DNA from: an uncultured cyanobacterium
GTDB taxonomy: Bacteria > Cyanobacteriota > Cyanobacteriia > Leptolyngbyales > Leptolyngbyaceae
DNA length: 64,000 nucleotides
Direction of reading: 5' to 3'
NCBI GenBank assembly: GCA_963766075.1
Contig: CAVYAN010000063.1
Coordinates: 8,173 to 72,172 of the forward strand
Position 1 is the stretch's first letter, and each line of letters starts with the position of its first letter. This document shows positions 10,040 to 21,636 of the stretch, in pieces. The position numbers were made by a program, and so were the translations under genes. Under the pieces are notes generated by a model that saw only the letters and a list, made by a program, of their open reading frames with translations, ran no database searches and was not told where the DNA came from.

Positions 10040-10462
10040 TTACTCGATTTCGGCTGGCCGTTGGTGGGTCACTTCAATTACCGTATGGACGTTCCCTCGG
10101 GGGGTAAAGTCGCCCTTAATGTGCATTTCTAGAGGGTCACAGGCGGCAACCAAGTCATCCAGAATTTGATTAATGGATTCTTCATGGGAAATGTAGCGAT
10201 CGCGATAACTATTGATGTACAGCTTAATCGCTTTCAACTCCACCACCCGCAGGTGCGGCACATAGCGAATCGAAATCGTCGCAAAGTCCGGATACCCTGA
10301 AAATGGGCATTTACAGGTAAACTCCGGCAGCGTAATGCTAATGCTATAGCAGCGGCCCACCCGAGGATTGGGAAAGGTAATTAGCCGACCTTCGGTAATC
10401 AATCGTTCGCCATATTTCTCATCCTGCGCGGGTGCAGTGTCTGAAGGTGTAGTTTGGCTCAT
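10040..10462 (-). CDS. queF: NADPH-dependent 7-cyano-7-deazaguanine (preQ0) reductase
   Basis: PEFTCKCPFSGYPDFA, VELKAIKLY, SHE, FTPRGN. Confidence 0.95.
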   Translation of the reverse strand: MSQTTPSDTAPAQDEKYGERLITEGRLITFPNPRVGRCYSISITLPEFTCKCPFSGYPDFATISIRYVPHLRVVELKAIKLYINSYRDRYISHEESINQILDDLVAACDPLEMHIKGDFTPRGNVHTVIEVTHQRPAEIE

Positions 10463-10654
10463 GAGGCAGGGCAGCGCAAATTTTTGCTGTCTAATTTTTG
10501 ACTATCTCATCTTAGGGCAAACCTCACCCCTAGACCTGCCGGTCTTTTCACCCAGTCTAAAGAAATCCCTCTTTTTCCCACAAAACTCGTGCGCTTTTTC
10601 TGATTTCGGCTATCCTGAGCGTACTTTCTGGACGCTCAGCCGACAATTCGGACT

Positions 10655-11263
10655 ATGCCACCCCACCTTAATTCCCAACTGAATATGCCAACTGCTCCCG
10701 TTTCGAGTTTTTCTGGATTGCCCACTGTGAATAACTCTTCTTCCAATCATTATTCACCCTCTGTTCCCATCTCCGTCTATCGGGAACTGGCGGCTGAACT
10801 GAGTTCTACCCGCACCCAGATGCAAACCTACAAATTCCAAAATCAGCAGCTTGTGGAGCAGAACCAAAAACTGCGCCTAGAAATTGAGCGGGTGGTCCAG
10901 TCTGCGCTGTATCTGCGCCAGGTTGCCGATGGCCAGGGCACTAATTATCCTGGGGCTAACTATCCTGGACCTGACCCGTCTGGCTCCGATCAGCCTGAAC
11001 TGGATTATCCCATGCCTTCCCTAGCGCATCCGGTGCCTGCGCCAACCGCCCCCCGGAAACGTCCAACCACTCTGAAGCGAGCGGCATCGGAAACACCGGA
11101 GCGCTTGGTCACCGAACAACAGGAACCGCAACCGCGGCGGTCGAACAGTCGGCCTGCCTCGGGACTCAATGGCGGCTGGCTGATGCTGATTATCAGTGTC
11201 ATTGTCATCACCGCCTTTGGAACGGGGTTTCTGATTGTGCGGCCACTTTTGCCCACGCGCTAG
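10655..11263 (+). CDS. Hypothetical protein with a coiled coil and C-terminal TM anchor
   Basis: PSVPISVYRELAAEL followed by a Q/N/L-rich coiled coil; C-terminal hydrophobic helix ending AFGTGFLIVRPLL. Confidence 0.75.
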   Translation: MPPHLNSQLNMPTAPVSSFSGLPTVNNSSSNHYSPSVPISVYRELAAELSSTRTQMQTYKFQNQQLVEQNQKLRLEIERVVQSALYLRQVADGQGTNYPGANYPGPDPSGSDQPELDYPMPSLAHPVPAPTAPRKRPTTLKRAASETPERLVTEQQEPQPRRSNSRPASGLNGGWLMLIISVIVITAFGTGFLIVRPLLPTR

Positions 11264-11486
11264 ATTAAGCCTAGCTCCGGTATGGCCAATCTTCCTAATT
11301 GTGTCTGATTAACGGGGAGATAGCCCCGCTTTCCGGCTCAGACTGGAAAGAATTCTTACGGAAGCGGAAGAGTTCTGCAAGGCATCGCATAATAAATGCG
11401 GAACATGAGTTGGCTACCTGGCCGCTACTGCTGGGGATTTTGCTGGCGCGTCTGGGCCTGTATGTCTCGAAATGTATATCCCAGAA

Positions 11487-11502
11487 TGTATATTTAGCTG
11501 CA
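11487..11502 (+). promoter_or_regulatory. Possible NtcA-like site (GTA-N8-TGC) upstream of glnB
   Basis: TGTATATTTAGCTGCA has one mismatch to GTA-N8-TAC; CATAAT lies about 25 nt downstream. glnB is NtcA-regulated in some cyanobacteria. Confidence 0.3.
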
Positions 11503-11581
11503 ACATGCGTGTCGGCGATTGCTCTACATAATGACAGGCTCAATACCTGATCTCAGTAGCCGATGTCAGGAGCCGATATGA

Positions 11582-11965
<384 letters not shown>

Positions 11966-12067
11966 GGGATGCTTGCGGAGCCTGTAATCTCCGTGCAGTT
12001 TTAACTTCTGTTTCTGTTCAGTTTTAATTTCTGTTCAGTCTTAATTTCAACAAGACGACTGAACTGG

Positions 12068-12103
12068 GGCACTCCTGAATTTAATTTTAGGAGTGCCTTT
12101 TGT
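12068..12103 (+). terminator. Intrinsic terminator downstream of glnB
   Basis: Stem GGCACTCCT/AGGAGTGCC followed by TTTTGT. Confidence 0.75.
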
Positions 12104-12187
12104 TATAGAGGCTAGGGTTGTGAACGCCAGTCTCTAATTTCGTGTGATTAACTTTCGTGTGACTAACGCTGAGGTGGAAGGGCGGGG

Positions 12188-13069
12188 CTAATTATCCACA
12201 GCCCTGGGAATGATGCACTGGATGCGGTTAAAGGGCTGTTCGGCAGTGGCCAGTTCCACAACATCAAGTCGCCCCTGCATCAATGCCAACAGGGTGTGAA
12301 TGGCTAAAAAGTTGAGCCCCGGCGTCGGGATATCCAACGCTTTAGGTAGGTCGCTATGCATCAGGTCGATCGCTTCCTGCCATGCGGTGGCGGGGCGCTG
12401 GTCTTTCAACTGAATCAGCACCGTGGCAGCGGTGGGGGACGATTGCACGGACAGGTGAATACTGCCTTGATCCATGTGGGCGATCGCGCCGTCAATTAGC
12501 TTGACTAAAACCTGGCGCAATGAACGGGGATCCGCTAGAGCGTAGAGGTCGGGATCCGGCGGGGAGATTTCCAGTTGCAGGTTGCGGTTTTGGGCTTGCA
12601 GGTGAGTCAGCAGATGGACTTCCTGGAACAAGTGGGTCAGTTGGAGGGGCTGGGTGTGTAAGGGTTGGGTCCCGTAATCTGTGCGGGCAACGGAGAGCAG
12701 ATTGTCCAGCACGTCCACCATGCGCAGGGCAGCGGCATTGGCTTGGGCGACAAAGTCTCGTTCTTCCGCTGGGTCGTCACACAGGTCAGAAAGGATCAAC
12801 TGGTGCATGCCAATCATGCCATTCAGGGGCGATCGCAGTTCATGGGAGGTTCGCGCCAAAAATCCCGCCTTGAATTGGCCCATCTCCGTCATTTGCTGAT
12901 AGGCCAGTTGCAACTGATACAGGCGATCGCGCAACTCCTCCTCGACGCTCCGATCCGGCGTTGACTGCGCCACAGGAGTCGCCGACAAAGACCGCCGCCG
13001 ATACCCCCAGCGGCCCAGAGCAAACCCGATCCCCACCCCAATCCCCACTCCCAAAAGGTTGCTCAACAT
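12188..13069 (-). CDS. Histidine kinase-like protein (HisKA intact, degenerate ATPase domain)
   Basis: N-terminal TM helix; H-box SHELRSPL; N-box reads KLIDGAI; no DxGxG G1 box. Confidence 0.85.
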   Translation of the reverse strand: MLSNLLGVGIGVGIGFALGRWGYRRRSLSATPVAQSTPDRSVEEELRDRLYQLQLAYQQMTEMGQFKAGFLARTSHELRSPLNGMIGMHQLILSDLCDDPAEERDFVAQANAAALRMVDVLDNLLSVARTDYGTQPLHTQPLQLTHLFQEVHLLTHLQAQNRNLQLEISPPDPDLYALADPRSLRQVLVKLIDGAIAHMDQGSIHLSVQSSPTAATVLIQLKDQRPATAWQEAIDLMHSDLPKALDIPTPGLNFLAIHTLLALMQGRLDVVELATAEQPFNRIQCIIPRAVDN

Positions 13070-13073
13070 GGCT

Positions 13074-13706
13074 CTATCCTAAATCCAGCACTACTGCACC
13101 CTGTCGCAAAATTGTCCATCCGTTTTCCGTCCAGCGCAAGACTGTGGAGGGAGTCCCCGAAGTAACAATCGCTCCGGATGCTGGCACTGCCCCTAGCGAC
13201 CCATCTAAGGTGCCCAGTTCTTCAGACGTAAGAGTCAAGACTCCGGGAAATTGCTGAATGACTTCATCCAGGCTTAATAGAGTGGGCTGTCCGGACAAAT
13301 TAGCGCTTGTGGTAGCGAGGGGACCAGTTTGACGCAGAATAGCTCGCGCCAGAGCATGATTGGGGACACGGATGCCAATGGTACTGGGATTTTGGGGGTT
13401 CAAGGCCGGGGGAACGCGATCGCTAGCTGGTAGGACTAAGGTTACGGCTCCGGGCCAATAGGAACGGGCCATATCGCGCCAAACAGCGCGTTCTGCGACG
13501 GTACCGGCTACATAGGCCCACAGATCATCAACTTCGCCAGCCATCAAAATCAACGGTTTGTCCGGGCTCCGTTGTTTGATGGCAAATAGGCGATCGGCAC
13601 AATCCGGACGAACAGCAAGGGCGGGCACGGTATCAGTGGGAAAACTAGCCACCGCCTGCCCTGTGGCAATGCCAGCAATAAGATCGGGAAGAGAAACGCG
13701 GGGCAT
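13074..13706 (-). CDS. tsaC: L-threonylcarbamoyladenylate synthase (Sua5/YrdC/TsaC family)
   Basis: FPTDTV, KQRSPDKPL, WPGAVTLVL, GIRVP, TTSANLSG. Confidence 0.9.
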   Translation of the reverse strand: MPRVSLPDLIAGIATGQAVASFPTDTVPALAVRPDCADRLFAIKQRSPDKPLILMAGEVDDLWAYVAGTVAERAVWRDMARSYWPGAVTLVLPASDRVPPALNPQNPSTIGIRVPNHALARAILRQTGPLATTSANLSGQPTLLSLDEVIQQFPGVLTLTSEELGTLDGSLGAVPASGAIVTSGTPSTVLRWTENGWTILRQGAVVLDLG

Positions 13707-13791
13707 GGAGCAGGGGTTAAGGAAAGGTAGGGGTTAACGGAAAGAAGTGGCTAAGGGAAAAGAAGTTGGCCGGGAGAGCCATGGATGAAAG

Positions 13792-16700
13792 CTATTTCTG
13801 AGCAGCCATTTTCTGATAGGTCTGGATAGATTGCCATGCGCTGTTCAGGTTGCCTTGCAAGAGGGCGGCAATCCCCTTGAGCGCTTGGAGTTCGGGAAGG
13901 GTAGGAGAAAGTTGCAGCGCCGTGTTGAGCGGGGCTTGGGCAGCAGCAGGCTGCAACGCATAGAGGTTGAGGAGGGCTAGGTAGGCATAGGGGTAGGGGT
14001 TTTGGGGATCAAGCTGGGCCAGGGTCTGGAAGGTAGCGATCGCAGACTTTACGTCCTTTTTCAAAACCTGAGCCAGGGCCAGGGTGTAGGTAAAGTTGCG
14101 GTTCTGGGGATCCTTCAGCAAGCGGTAGCCCATGGCCTGCTGCGCTTGGGTCAGGTAGTCCTGGCCGGGATTGTACTGATTCATCAACTCTACGGTTTGA
14201 AAGAGTTTGTCTAGGACTTTTGGGCCTTGGGGCAAAGTCGTGGCCAACAGCCGGAGACGGGTTAACAGGTCGAGATCCAAGGGCGTTAGCATGGGCGCGG
14301 CAGCAGGATCAAGGGTGAGGCGAACCGGTGGGGCAGCGATCGCCACGGTTTCTCCAGTTTGACGATTCTGATAAAGCACTTCCAGGGTATAGGTGCCAGG
14401 GATGGCCCGCTCAGGGGGCAGCATGGCCAACCGCTCCGTAAGCTGGAAGTCGGAGGTGGCCGTCATCCAGGTGGGCAGACCGGGTTGCAGGTTACCGTTG
14501 GCAATAGCATGGTCATGAATCCAAGTTGTGACTGTGGGTTGACCGGGCTTGGGTTTGCCGAAGGCATCCAGTTCGGGGGGCACAGGCACGGTGCTGGGAT
14601 CCAGTTTCCAGTTGATTAAGACCAATCCAGGTTGCAGCGACTTCCAGGGTCCAGACCAGGTGTAGGTAATCGGAATCGGTTTGCCCGGAGGAGCAAGATC
14701 AGGCACCGTGACCTGAGTCAATTGAATCGGCGCAGTCAGGGGAGGGGCAACGGCTCCGGGCGACGCCGTAGCCGTGGGGTTTGGGCTGGGGGCGAAACCT
14801 GGAGGCGTAGGGGTGGGATTAGGCCCAGTCTGTCCGATCGGTAAGGTTGGCAGAGGCTTGATCTCAACGGCGGCGGTGCGCCGCTGGTAAAGGCTAAACT
14901 GGCCGCGATCTGCCGAGATCCCAGGTTTTGATCCGCTGGAACAAGGGGGAATTGAGGCGTTGCTCCAGCCGTTGTTCCGCAATGCTTTTCGGCGGCATGG
15001 GACCACCCGTTTGGGCCAAAAACCAAGACAAAGCCCGCACTTCGGCCTCGACTCGATCCGATTTTTTACCGACATCACGGGCATATACCTGAAAGTTTTG
15101 GCGCAGTCCAGCGTAGGTGAGATTGTGCTGATTCAGCTCAGGGCTGGAGGTCAACAGCCCCAGGGTAGATTTTTCGTAGGGATCGGCTTGCACCACCGCA
15201 TCCACAATTTCGTTTAGGGGAAACTCTGGGCCAGTATACGCTCGTCGGGTGGCAAAATCGGTTTGTTGGTGAAGGGGCAACGGAGCGCTCAGTTGATTGG
15301 GAAAGAGGTGATACACCGTCATGGCCAAGGACAGGCCAATCAGGCCCCACCGCAGAAACACACCAGGAATATTCCAGCGCCAGAGCCGCCAGCGCTTGGG
15401 AAAGAGGGTCCAGCCTAAAGCCACGAGCAGGGCAAAGGCCGGGAGCATGGGCATAACGTAGCGCAGGTCTTTGTTGGGATTGAGGGCATTCAGGACATAC
15501 CCCCCCATCAAGAACAGGCTGAGCCACAGCAGCGATCGCCGCGCGGATTGATACACCCGCAATCGCCCCTGCGACGACTGTGATCCCTCACGCCCCAGCC
15601 AGTCTCGGCTGAGGGTGGACCGCTTCCAATAAAACACCAACCCCAATAGAGGTAGCAGCCAAATCCAGGACACGAGCTTAGGCAATCGCCACAGATAATA
15701 CAGCCAACTCTCGATGGATGTGACGCTAGGGTCGCCCTCAGCCAAGGCCGGTTCCACGGTAGAACTTTGCACCGAGGTCAAAATCAACAGCCAACTGGCG
15801 CTAAACCATGGCCAGACCATCAGGGCAGCGACAGCGAGGGCCAGAGCCAGTTGCAACAGTCTCCCAGAGCCAGTTGCCGCAGAGCCACGAGAACAATCCA
15901 CAGCAGGGGAAACAGGAAAAACAAGAGGGCGGTTTGTTTGACCAACAGGGCCAGCCCGAGACTGATACCAAAGGCGATCGCCCAAATCCATTGCCACAAA
16001 AACTGCGTCAGGGAAAAGCGCCATGGCAGCCGTGGGGCGGCGCGCGACAACTCGGGAAGGGGTTCGGGCCGTGGTTCAGGCCGTGGGGCCTCGGTGGGTT
16101 CAGCGATCGCGACCCAGACATTCTCCCCACCACCGCCCGTCGCACTTTCACCCACCGCACCTTCACCTGCCGTACTCCCAACACTCCCAGCCACGCCACT
16201 CCCACCCTCTACAGGCGTCTGTAAGGCAACGCTAGCCTCAGCGATCATCAGCGGCCCACCCAACCCGTCCCGGTGGGCAAACTGCCATTTCCCCTTCGCT
16301 TTGCCCCACCACACCGTCAGGCAAAAGAAACTTAGCGTCACCAACGCCACCAGCGGATAGTCAATCAAATAGTCCAGCCGAATACGATAGAGTCCCGGCA
16401 TTACCAAGCAAATCAGTGCGGCCACCAACCCCACGGTCACCGTAAACAGGTAACTCCCCAGCCCATACACCGCCAGGAGCAAAATGGCGCTAAACAACAG
16501 ATTAATCAGCGTCGCGGTATCAAAACTCGTGCCCAAGCCGTTGAACAGCGGCACCGTCAGAGCATAGACCAACGGAGGATACTTGGTAGACGCCGTCCAA
16601 AAGCTGTACCACCAGTCACCGGACAGCCAATTGGCTTGCTGTACCAAGCGCCAGTACATCATGGCGCGGGTAAGATGCCCGCCTTGATCCCACCCGGGCA

Positions 16701-16812
16701 CAGAATGATCCAAGGAAAACCAGAGGCGATCGCCCGCCACCACCAATCCCCATAGCACCCCAATCCCCGGTAGCCCTACCAGCCACCACCCCTGTTGTCT
16801 GCGTTCAACCAC
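13792..16812 (-). CDS. Membrane glycosyltransferase (GT39/ArnT-like) with C-terminal TPR-like repeats; frameshifts near 15865 and 14913
   Basis: P.WDQ..HL, KYPPLVY, RLDYLIDYPL, GLALLVKQT, NKDLRY; the three ORF-track pieces are collinear parts of one protein. Confidence 0.8.
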
Positions 16813-16952
16813 CTAGCCTGCCTGTAGTCATAACTCGACCTTGATTGTGGAGTCGCCGACGATTATTGACTCCACATCCTACACCCTAGATTAGTTTTCA
16901 GGCCATGGTTAATCACCTGAATCCATCCACTGGGGATCACCCAAAGTCATTA

Positions 16953-19538
16953 CTAGGCCACCACAAAGTTGACTAATTTCCCCGGCACAACGATCGCCTT
17001 TTTAATTTCCTTGCCTTGAATAAATTTCTGAGCAACCTCCGACTCCCGCGCCAAACGTTCCAAATCCGCCTGGGTAGAGGCGGTAGGCACCTGAATGGTC
17101 CCCTTGGTTTTCCCCAAAATTTGAATCACCAGGGTCATTTCATCGGCCACCAGTGCCGCTGGATCCACAAGGGGCCAGGATTGGCGGTGGATTGATTCGG
17201 TTTGCCCCAATCCCTGCCAAAGTTCATCGGCCAGATGGGGGGCAAAGGGGGCCAGCAACAGCAGCAAGGTAGTAATGCCCTCGGCATACACCGGCGACTG
17301 TTTATCACTGGCATCGCCCAGGGCATTGCTCAGCTTCATCAATTCCGAGACTGCCGTGTTGAATTGATTGTCAGTCAAATCCCCGGTAATTTCTTTGATA
17401 GCGATATGTATGGCCCGCCGTAACTCTTTTTCTGGCTTCGTCAGGGTTGCCGGATCCCGAGTAGTCGGGGGCAATGCCATCCCCTGAAATTCCGTCACCA
17501 AGCGCCATACCCGGTTCAAAAAGCGAAATTGCCCTTCCACGTCCGCATCTTCCCACTCCAGATCTTTTTCCGGTGGGGCCTTAAACAGAATGAACATGCG
17601 GGCGGTGTCGGCCCCATACTTGGCGATCACTTCGCCGGGGGCAATCCCGTTGTGCTTGGATTTGGACATTTTCTCATAGACCATTTCCAGGCGATCGCCC
17701 GTTTCGGGATCAACCGGATTGGCAAAATCCGTGATGGCTTGCGGCATTACATACTTGCCCGTTTTGGGATTCTTATAGGTTTTGCCCTGGACCATACCCT
17801 GAGTCAATAGGCGCTGAAAGGGTTCATCGCACTGCAAATAGCCGCGATCGCGCATCACCTTCGTAAAGAAGCGGGAATACAGTAAGTGTAAAATCGCATG
17901 TTCAATCCCCCCAACATACTGATCAATCGGCATCCAATCTTTGGCAATGGCGCGATCAAACACCTCAGCCGCATTAGTAGCGTCGGGATAGCGCATATAG
18001 TACCACGACGAACAAATGAACGTATCCATTGTATCGGTTTCCCGTTTCGCAGGCTGACCGCACGTAGGGCACGGCACATTGATCCAAGACTCCAACTTGG
18101 ACAAGGGCGACGGCCCCCGTCCCGCAAATTCCACCTCTTCCGGCAACTGCACGGGCAATTGGTCATCGGGAACGGGCACTGCCCCACAATCTGGACAATG
18201 AATAATCGGAATCGGACAGCCCCAGTAACGCTGCCGGGAGATCAGCCAATCCCGCAGTCGATAATTGGTGGTGCCCGTCCCCTTGCCCTGGGCTTCTAAC
18301 CAAGCAACGGCTTGTTCGACGCTCTGGCCTTTTTCTTTGCCTGCGGGCACGCCATCCAACGGCCCCGAGTTGACCATTACCCCATCCCCCGCGTGGGCCG
18401 CTGTCAGGGTGGCACCCTCTACCGGGTGGTCCGCGGGGCGATCTGCCGGTTGCACCACCACCTGAATATCTAAGCCAAATTTTTTGGCAAACTCAAAATC
18501 GCGCTGATCATGGGCCGGAACCGCCATGATCGCCCCAGTGCCGTAGTCCACCAGCACATAATCGGCAATCCAGATGGGAATCTGCGCCCCATTGACAGGA
18601 TTGGTGGCATAGCTGCCGGTCCAGACGCCGGTTTTCTCGCGACCTTCGGCGGTGCGATCCATTTCACTCAGGTTAGCGGCAGCCGCTTGGTAGTCGGCGA
18701 TCGCCACTTGCTGCGCGGTGGTGGTTAATTTATCGACTAAGGGATGCTCTGGCGACAACACCATAAAGGTGGCTCCCCACAGCGTGTCGGGGCGGGTGGT
18801 GTAGACGGTGATTTTGTCCCCTGTGGCAGTGGTGAAGGTGACATGGGCCCCCGTAGATTTGCCGATCCAGTTGGCTTGCATCAGCTTGACGCGATCGGGC
18901 CAGCCCCCCAGTTGGTCCAGATCCTGCAACAACTGCTCGGCATAATCGGTAATTTTGAAGAACCACTGCCGCAGCAAGCGGCGCTCGACCTTGGCCCCCG
19001 ATCGCCAGGATTTGCCTTCGCTATCCACTTGCTCGTTGGCTAAAACGGTTTGGTCAATCGGATCCCAGTTGACCGTGGCGGATTTTTGGTAGGCCAAGCC
19101 CGCCTGGAAAAATTGCAGGAAAATCCATTGTGTCCAGCGGTAATAGTCCGGCGAACAGGTGGTGACTTCTTTGTCCCAATCGAAGGAAATACCCAATTGG
19201 TCAAGCTGCGATCGCATCTGGGCAATGTTGGCATAGGTCCAGGTAGCCGGGGGAATCCCTCGCTCGATCGCGGCATTTTCTGCGGGCAAGCCAAAGGCAT
19301 CCCAGCCCATAGGATTCAGAACGCGATATCCCTGCATTCGCTTCAGACGGGCAATCACATCCACGATAGTGTAAACCCGCACATGCCCCATGTGCAGGTT
19401 ACCGGAGGGATAGGGAAACATCGACAGGGCATAGAACTTCGGCTTGCTGCGGTCTGTTGATGTAGTATGCAGACCCTGCGCGATCCAAGCCTGCTGCCAT
19501 TTTTCCTCAATCGTGCCGGGGGTATAACGGGACTCCAC
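16953..19538 (-). CDS. leuS: Leucine--tRNA ligase
   Basis: [13 protein letters not shown] (HIGH), [13 protein letters not shown], editing domain TTRPDT, KMSKS; likely GTG start at 19538. Confidence 0.98.
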   Translation of the reverse strand: MESRYTPGTIEEKWQQAWIAQGLHTTSTDRSKPKFYALSMFPYPSGNLHMGHVRVYTIVDVIARLKRMQGYRVLNPMGWDAFGLPAENAAIERGIPPATWTYANIAQMRSQLDQLGISFDWDKEVTTCSPDYYRWTQWIFLQFFQAGLAYQKSATVNWDPIDQTVLANEQVDSEGKSWRSGAKVERRLLRQWFFKITDYAEQLLQDLDQLGGWPDRVKLMQANWIGKSTGAHVTFTTATGDKITVYTTRPDTLWGATFMVLSPEHPLVDKLTTTAQQVAIADYQAAAANLSEMDRTAEGREKTGVWTGSYATNPVNGAQIPIWIADYVLVDYGTGAIMAVPAHDQRDFEFAKKFGLDIQVVVQPADRPADHPVEGATLTAAHAGDGVMVNSGPLDGVPAGKEKGQSVEQAVAWLEAQGKGTGTTNYRLRDWLISRQRYWGCPIPIIHCPDCGAVPVPDDQLPVQLPEEVEFAGRGPSPLSKLESWINVPCPTCGQPAKRETDTMDTFICSSWYYMRYPDATNAAEVFDRAIAKDWMPIDQYVGGIEHAILHLLYSRFFTKVMRDRGYLQCDEPFQRLLTQGMVQGKTYKNPKTGKYVMPQAITDFANPVDPETGDRLEMVYEKMSKSKHNGIAPGEVIAKYGADTARMFILFKAPPEKDLEWEDADVEGQFRFLNRVWRLVTEFQGMALPPTTRDPATLTKPEKELRRAIHIAIKEITGDLTDNQFNTAVSELMKLSNALGDASDKQSPVYAEGITTLLLLLAPFAPHLADELWQGLGQTESIHRQSWPLVDPAALVADEMTLVIQILGKTKGTIQVPTASTQADLERLARESEVAQKFIQGKEIKKAIVVPGKLVNFVVA

Positions 19539-19675
19539 GGGTGTCTCTCCTGCCAAAGGGTGCCTAACTCACCTCTCATTCTAGAGGCTGGAGGGTATTG
19601 TAGCGGTCGGTAAAGGCGTTTTGCGATCCACTCACAATGTATCCCGCGCATTCCCGCCAGTAGCCCTGCCCAAAA

Positions 19676-19885
19676 TTAAGCCCAAAAAAAATCAGGAGGT
19701 GCAGGGCTGCTGCCTCCTGATTGATTGGATCCGTTAGGATCGAGATGATTCGATGCGTCTTTGAGCTTTTGCCGGAGCATTTGCAGTTGTTTTCGGCGTT
19801 GGCGCTGACGGGCCGATCCGCCCTTGCCTTTGGAGTTCCGTCCTTCTTGGCGGGGCGACTCCCAGCGTTTGAGTTGGCGAGCCAT
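19676..19885 (-). CDS. Small basic hypothetical protein
   Basis: MARQLKRWESPRQEGRNSKGKGGSARQRQ...; GGAGG RBS upstream. Confidence 0.7.
   Translation of the reverse strand: MARQLKRWESPRQEGRNSKGKGGSARQRQRRKQLQMLRQKLKDASNHLDPNGSNQSGGSSPAPPDFFWA
19685..19722 (-). terminator. Intrinsic terminator overlapping the 3' end of the small ORF
   Basis: Minus strand AATCAGGAGG...CCTCCTGATT followed by a T-run. Confidence 0.6.
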
Positions 19886-19947
19886 AAGTCCTCCTAGTGA
19901 ACCTCTTTCTCCATTGTGACACAGACTATTTTGGAGTGTGGGTCTAG

Positions 19948-19981
19948 AGATGCCAGGGATTTTTAGAAATTCCCGGCATCT
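19948..19981. repeat. REP-like imperfect palindrome
   Basis: AGATGCCAGGGATTT / AAATTCCCGGCATCT, 13 of 15 bases complementary. Confidence 0.6.
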
Positions 19982-20063
19982 GAACGTAAAGAAATCTGGC
20001 GGGTCGGGGGCCGGAGGGGAGCATTGGCGCTAAGGTGGGGGAAAAGGCGATGTGACGTGGACT

Positions 20064-20565
20064 ATGGTTACTCTATCCAGTGAAAATTCGGTCAGTGAAA
20101 ATCCGGCCAGTGAACCCTTGGCAAATCTATCTCCGGGCGACAGTTCTAGGGCGCAGTCTAGCGCTGTGGTGGACCTGATTGAAACTGTCATTGATAGTCT
20201 TGATAGTGACAATACCGCCATGGTCAGCCATGGTGATGGTGGCTACATTTGGAAATTTAAGTACGGTAGTGTAGAAGTGTTGGTGCAACTGACGGGAACC
20301 ACCGACGATGATACGCTGACGGCATGGTCGGCAGTTATGAAACTGCCCGCGAAAGACGAAGTTCAATTGCTCCGCCAGTTGTTGGAGATGAACTGGACCG
20401 ACACACTGGAAGCCCGGTTTGGCATTCTAAATGGGGAGATTGTGGTCCTGTCTCGAGCAATCGCTGGCGGAACTGTCTCCGGGGGAAGTCTCCCGCGCTA
20501 TTACCCTCGTTGCCACACTGGCCGACGCCCATGATGAACGCCTCCAGGAAACCTTTGGTCTATAA
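20064..20565 (+). CDS. YbjN/CesT-like chaperone-fold protein; frameshift near 20455
   Basis: IETVIDSL, WKFKYGSVEVLVQLTG, LLEMNW..TLEARF; C-terminus SLAELSPGEVSRAITLVATLAD..DERLQETFGL* is in a shifted frame. Confidence 0.8.
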
Positions 20566-20668
20566 ATTGCTCTATAAACTAGGTGTATAACCTGGGTCTA
20601 TAAACCTCGGAAAACGGGGTCTATAAACAAAACATCGGGTCTCCCAAAATGGAGAGTAGGAATTTAAT

Positions 20669-21415
20669 TTGACGACTTGGCGGTTGATTCCTCCATTAGA
20701 GGCATCCGGAGCGGTGCAGATGGCCGTAGATGCTTGGTTGCTAGACCAGCATCGCCAAGGACTACAGCCGCCGACTCTACGGTTTTACACCTGGAGTCCT
20801 GCCGCGATTTCCCTAGGCTATCACCAGCGACACTTGCCGGATCACTGGCACCACTTGCATTGGCACGACCAACCGATTGATTTGGTGCGGCGAGCCACCG
20901 GAGGACGGGCCGTGCTGCACCAAGGCGACTTAACCTATGCCCTAGTAACGTCTGGCCTCAGCGGTCATCGGGTGCAGGTGTATCGATCGCTCTGTGAATT
21001 CCTGATTGTAGGCTGGCGATCGCTGGGGGTGGATCTCCAGTTTGGTCAAGCAGGGCGGGGTTATATCCACAACCCCAATTGCTTTGGCACAGCCACCGAT
21101 GCCGATTTAGTGCTTGCTGATGGCACAAAATTGGTGGGCAGTGCCCAGGTGTACCGCGATGGAGCCATTTTGCAGCATGGCTCCATGCCCCTGCAAATGG
21201 ATACTGAACTATTTCGCCAAGTGTTTGGCGTGGAGCCCAGGTTACCCCAACTGCCGGAATTTCAGCATGCCCCGGGGAGGGCACGGGCGATCGCCACCCT
21301 GACCCAGGCTGCCCAGGATTGCTTTGGCATCACCTTTCAGGAAGCCAGCCTCTCTTCAGCCGAATGGAATGCGGTGTTGTCCGTTAGCCCGCTCGAATTA
21401 AAAATTAGAAATTAA
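20669..21415 (+). CDS. Lipoate-protein ligase family (LipM/LplA-like)
   Basis: QMAVD, LRFYTW, SLGYHQ, VRRATGGRAVLH, KLVGSAQ, LQHGS. Confidence 0.92.
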   Translation: MTTWRLIPPLEASGAVQMAVDAWLLDQHRQGLQPPTLRFYTWSPAAISLGYHQRHLPDHWHHLHWHDQPIDLVRRATGGRAVLHQGDLTYALVTSGLSGHRVQVYRSLCEFLIVGWRSLGVDLQFGQAGRGYIHNPNCFGTATDADLVLADGTKLVGSAQVYRDGAILQHGSMPLQMDTELFRQVFGVEPRLPQLPEFQHAPGRARAIATLTQAAQDCFGITFQEASLSSAEWNAVLSVSPLELKIRN

Positions 21416-21629
21416 AAAAGCCTGCCGCCGTTAAAGTTGCGGGTTTCGGCTACGCTCAACCCGCCGGACTTCAACCCGCCCGACTGCATGTCGATAGCTC
21501 GTCAGCCTCTGGGCGAGTAGGACTCAAAATCGCTATCGGCTCGTAATGCACCGCTTCCATCTCGCCGATCTGAGCATCTTTGAATAGCACTCCATGCCAC
21601 ATTGCTAGAGCATTTTTAATTTTTAATTC
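21395..21629. repeat. Intergenic element bounded by AT-rich inverted repeats and containing a REP-like motif
   Basis: GAATTAAAAATTAGAAA / TTTTTAATTTTTAATTC (16 of 17 complementary). GGTTTCGGCTACGCTCAACC at 21442-21461 matches 5320-5339 at 19 of 20 positions. Confidence 0.55.
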
Positions 21630-21636
21630 AGTTACT

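Noticed and set aside
16953..19538. Intein or extra membrane-anchoring domain in LeuRS
   Set aside because: Length and motif order are ordinary; no splice motifs or hydrophobic insert seen.
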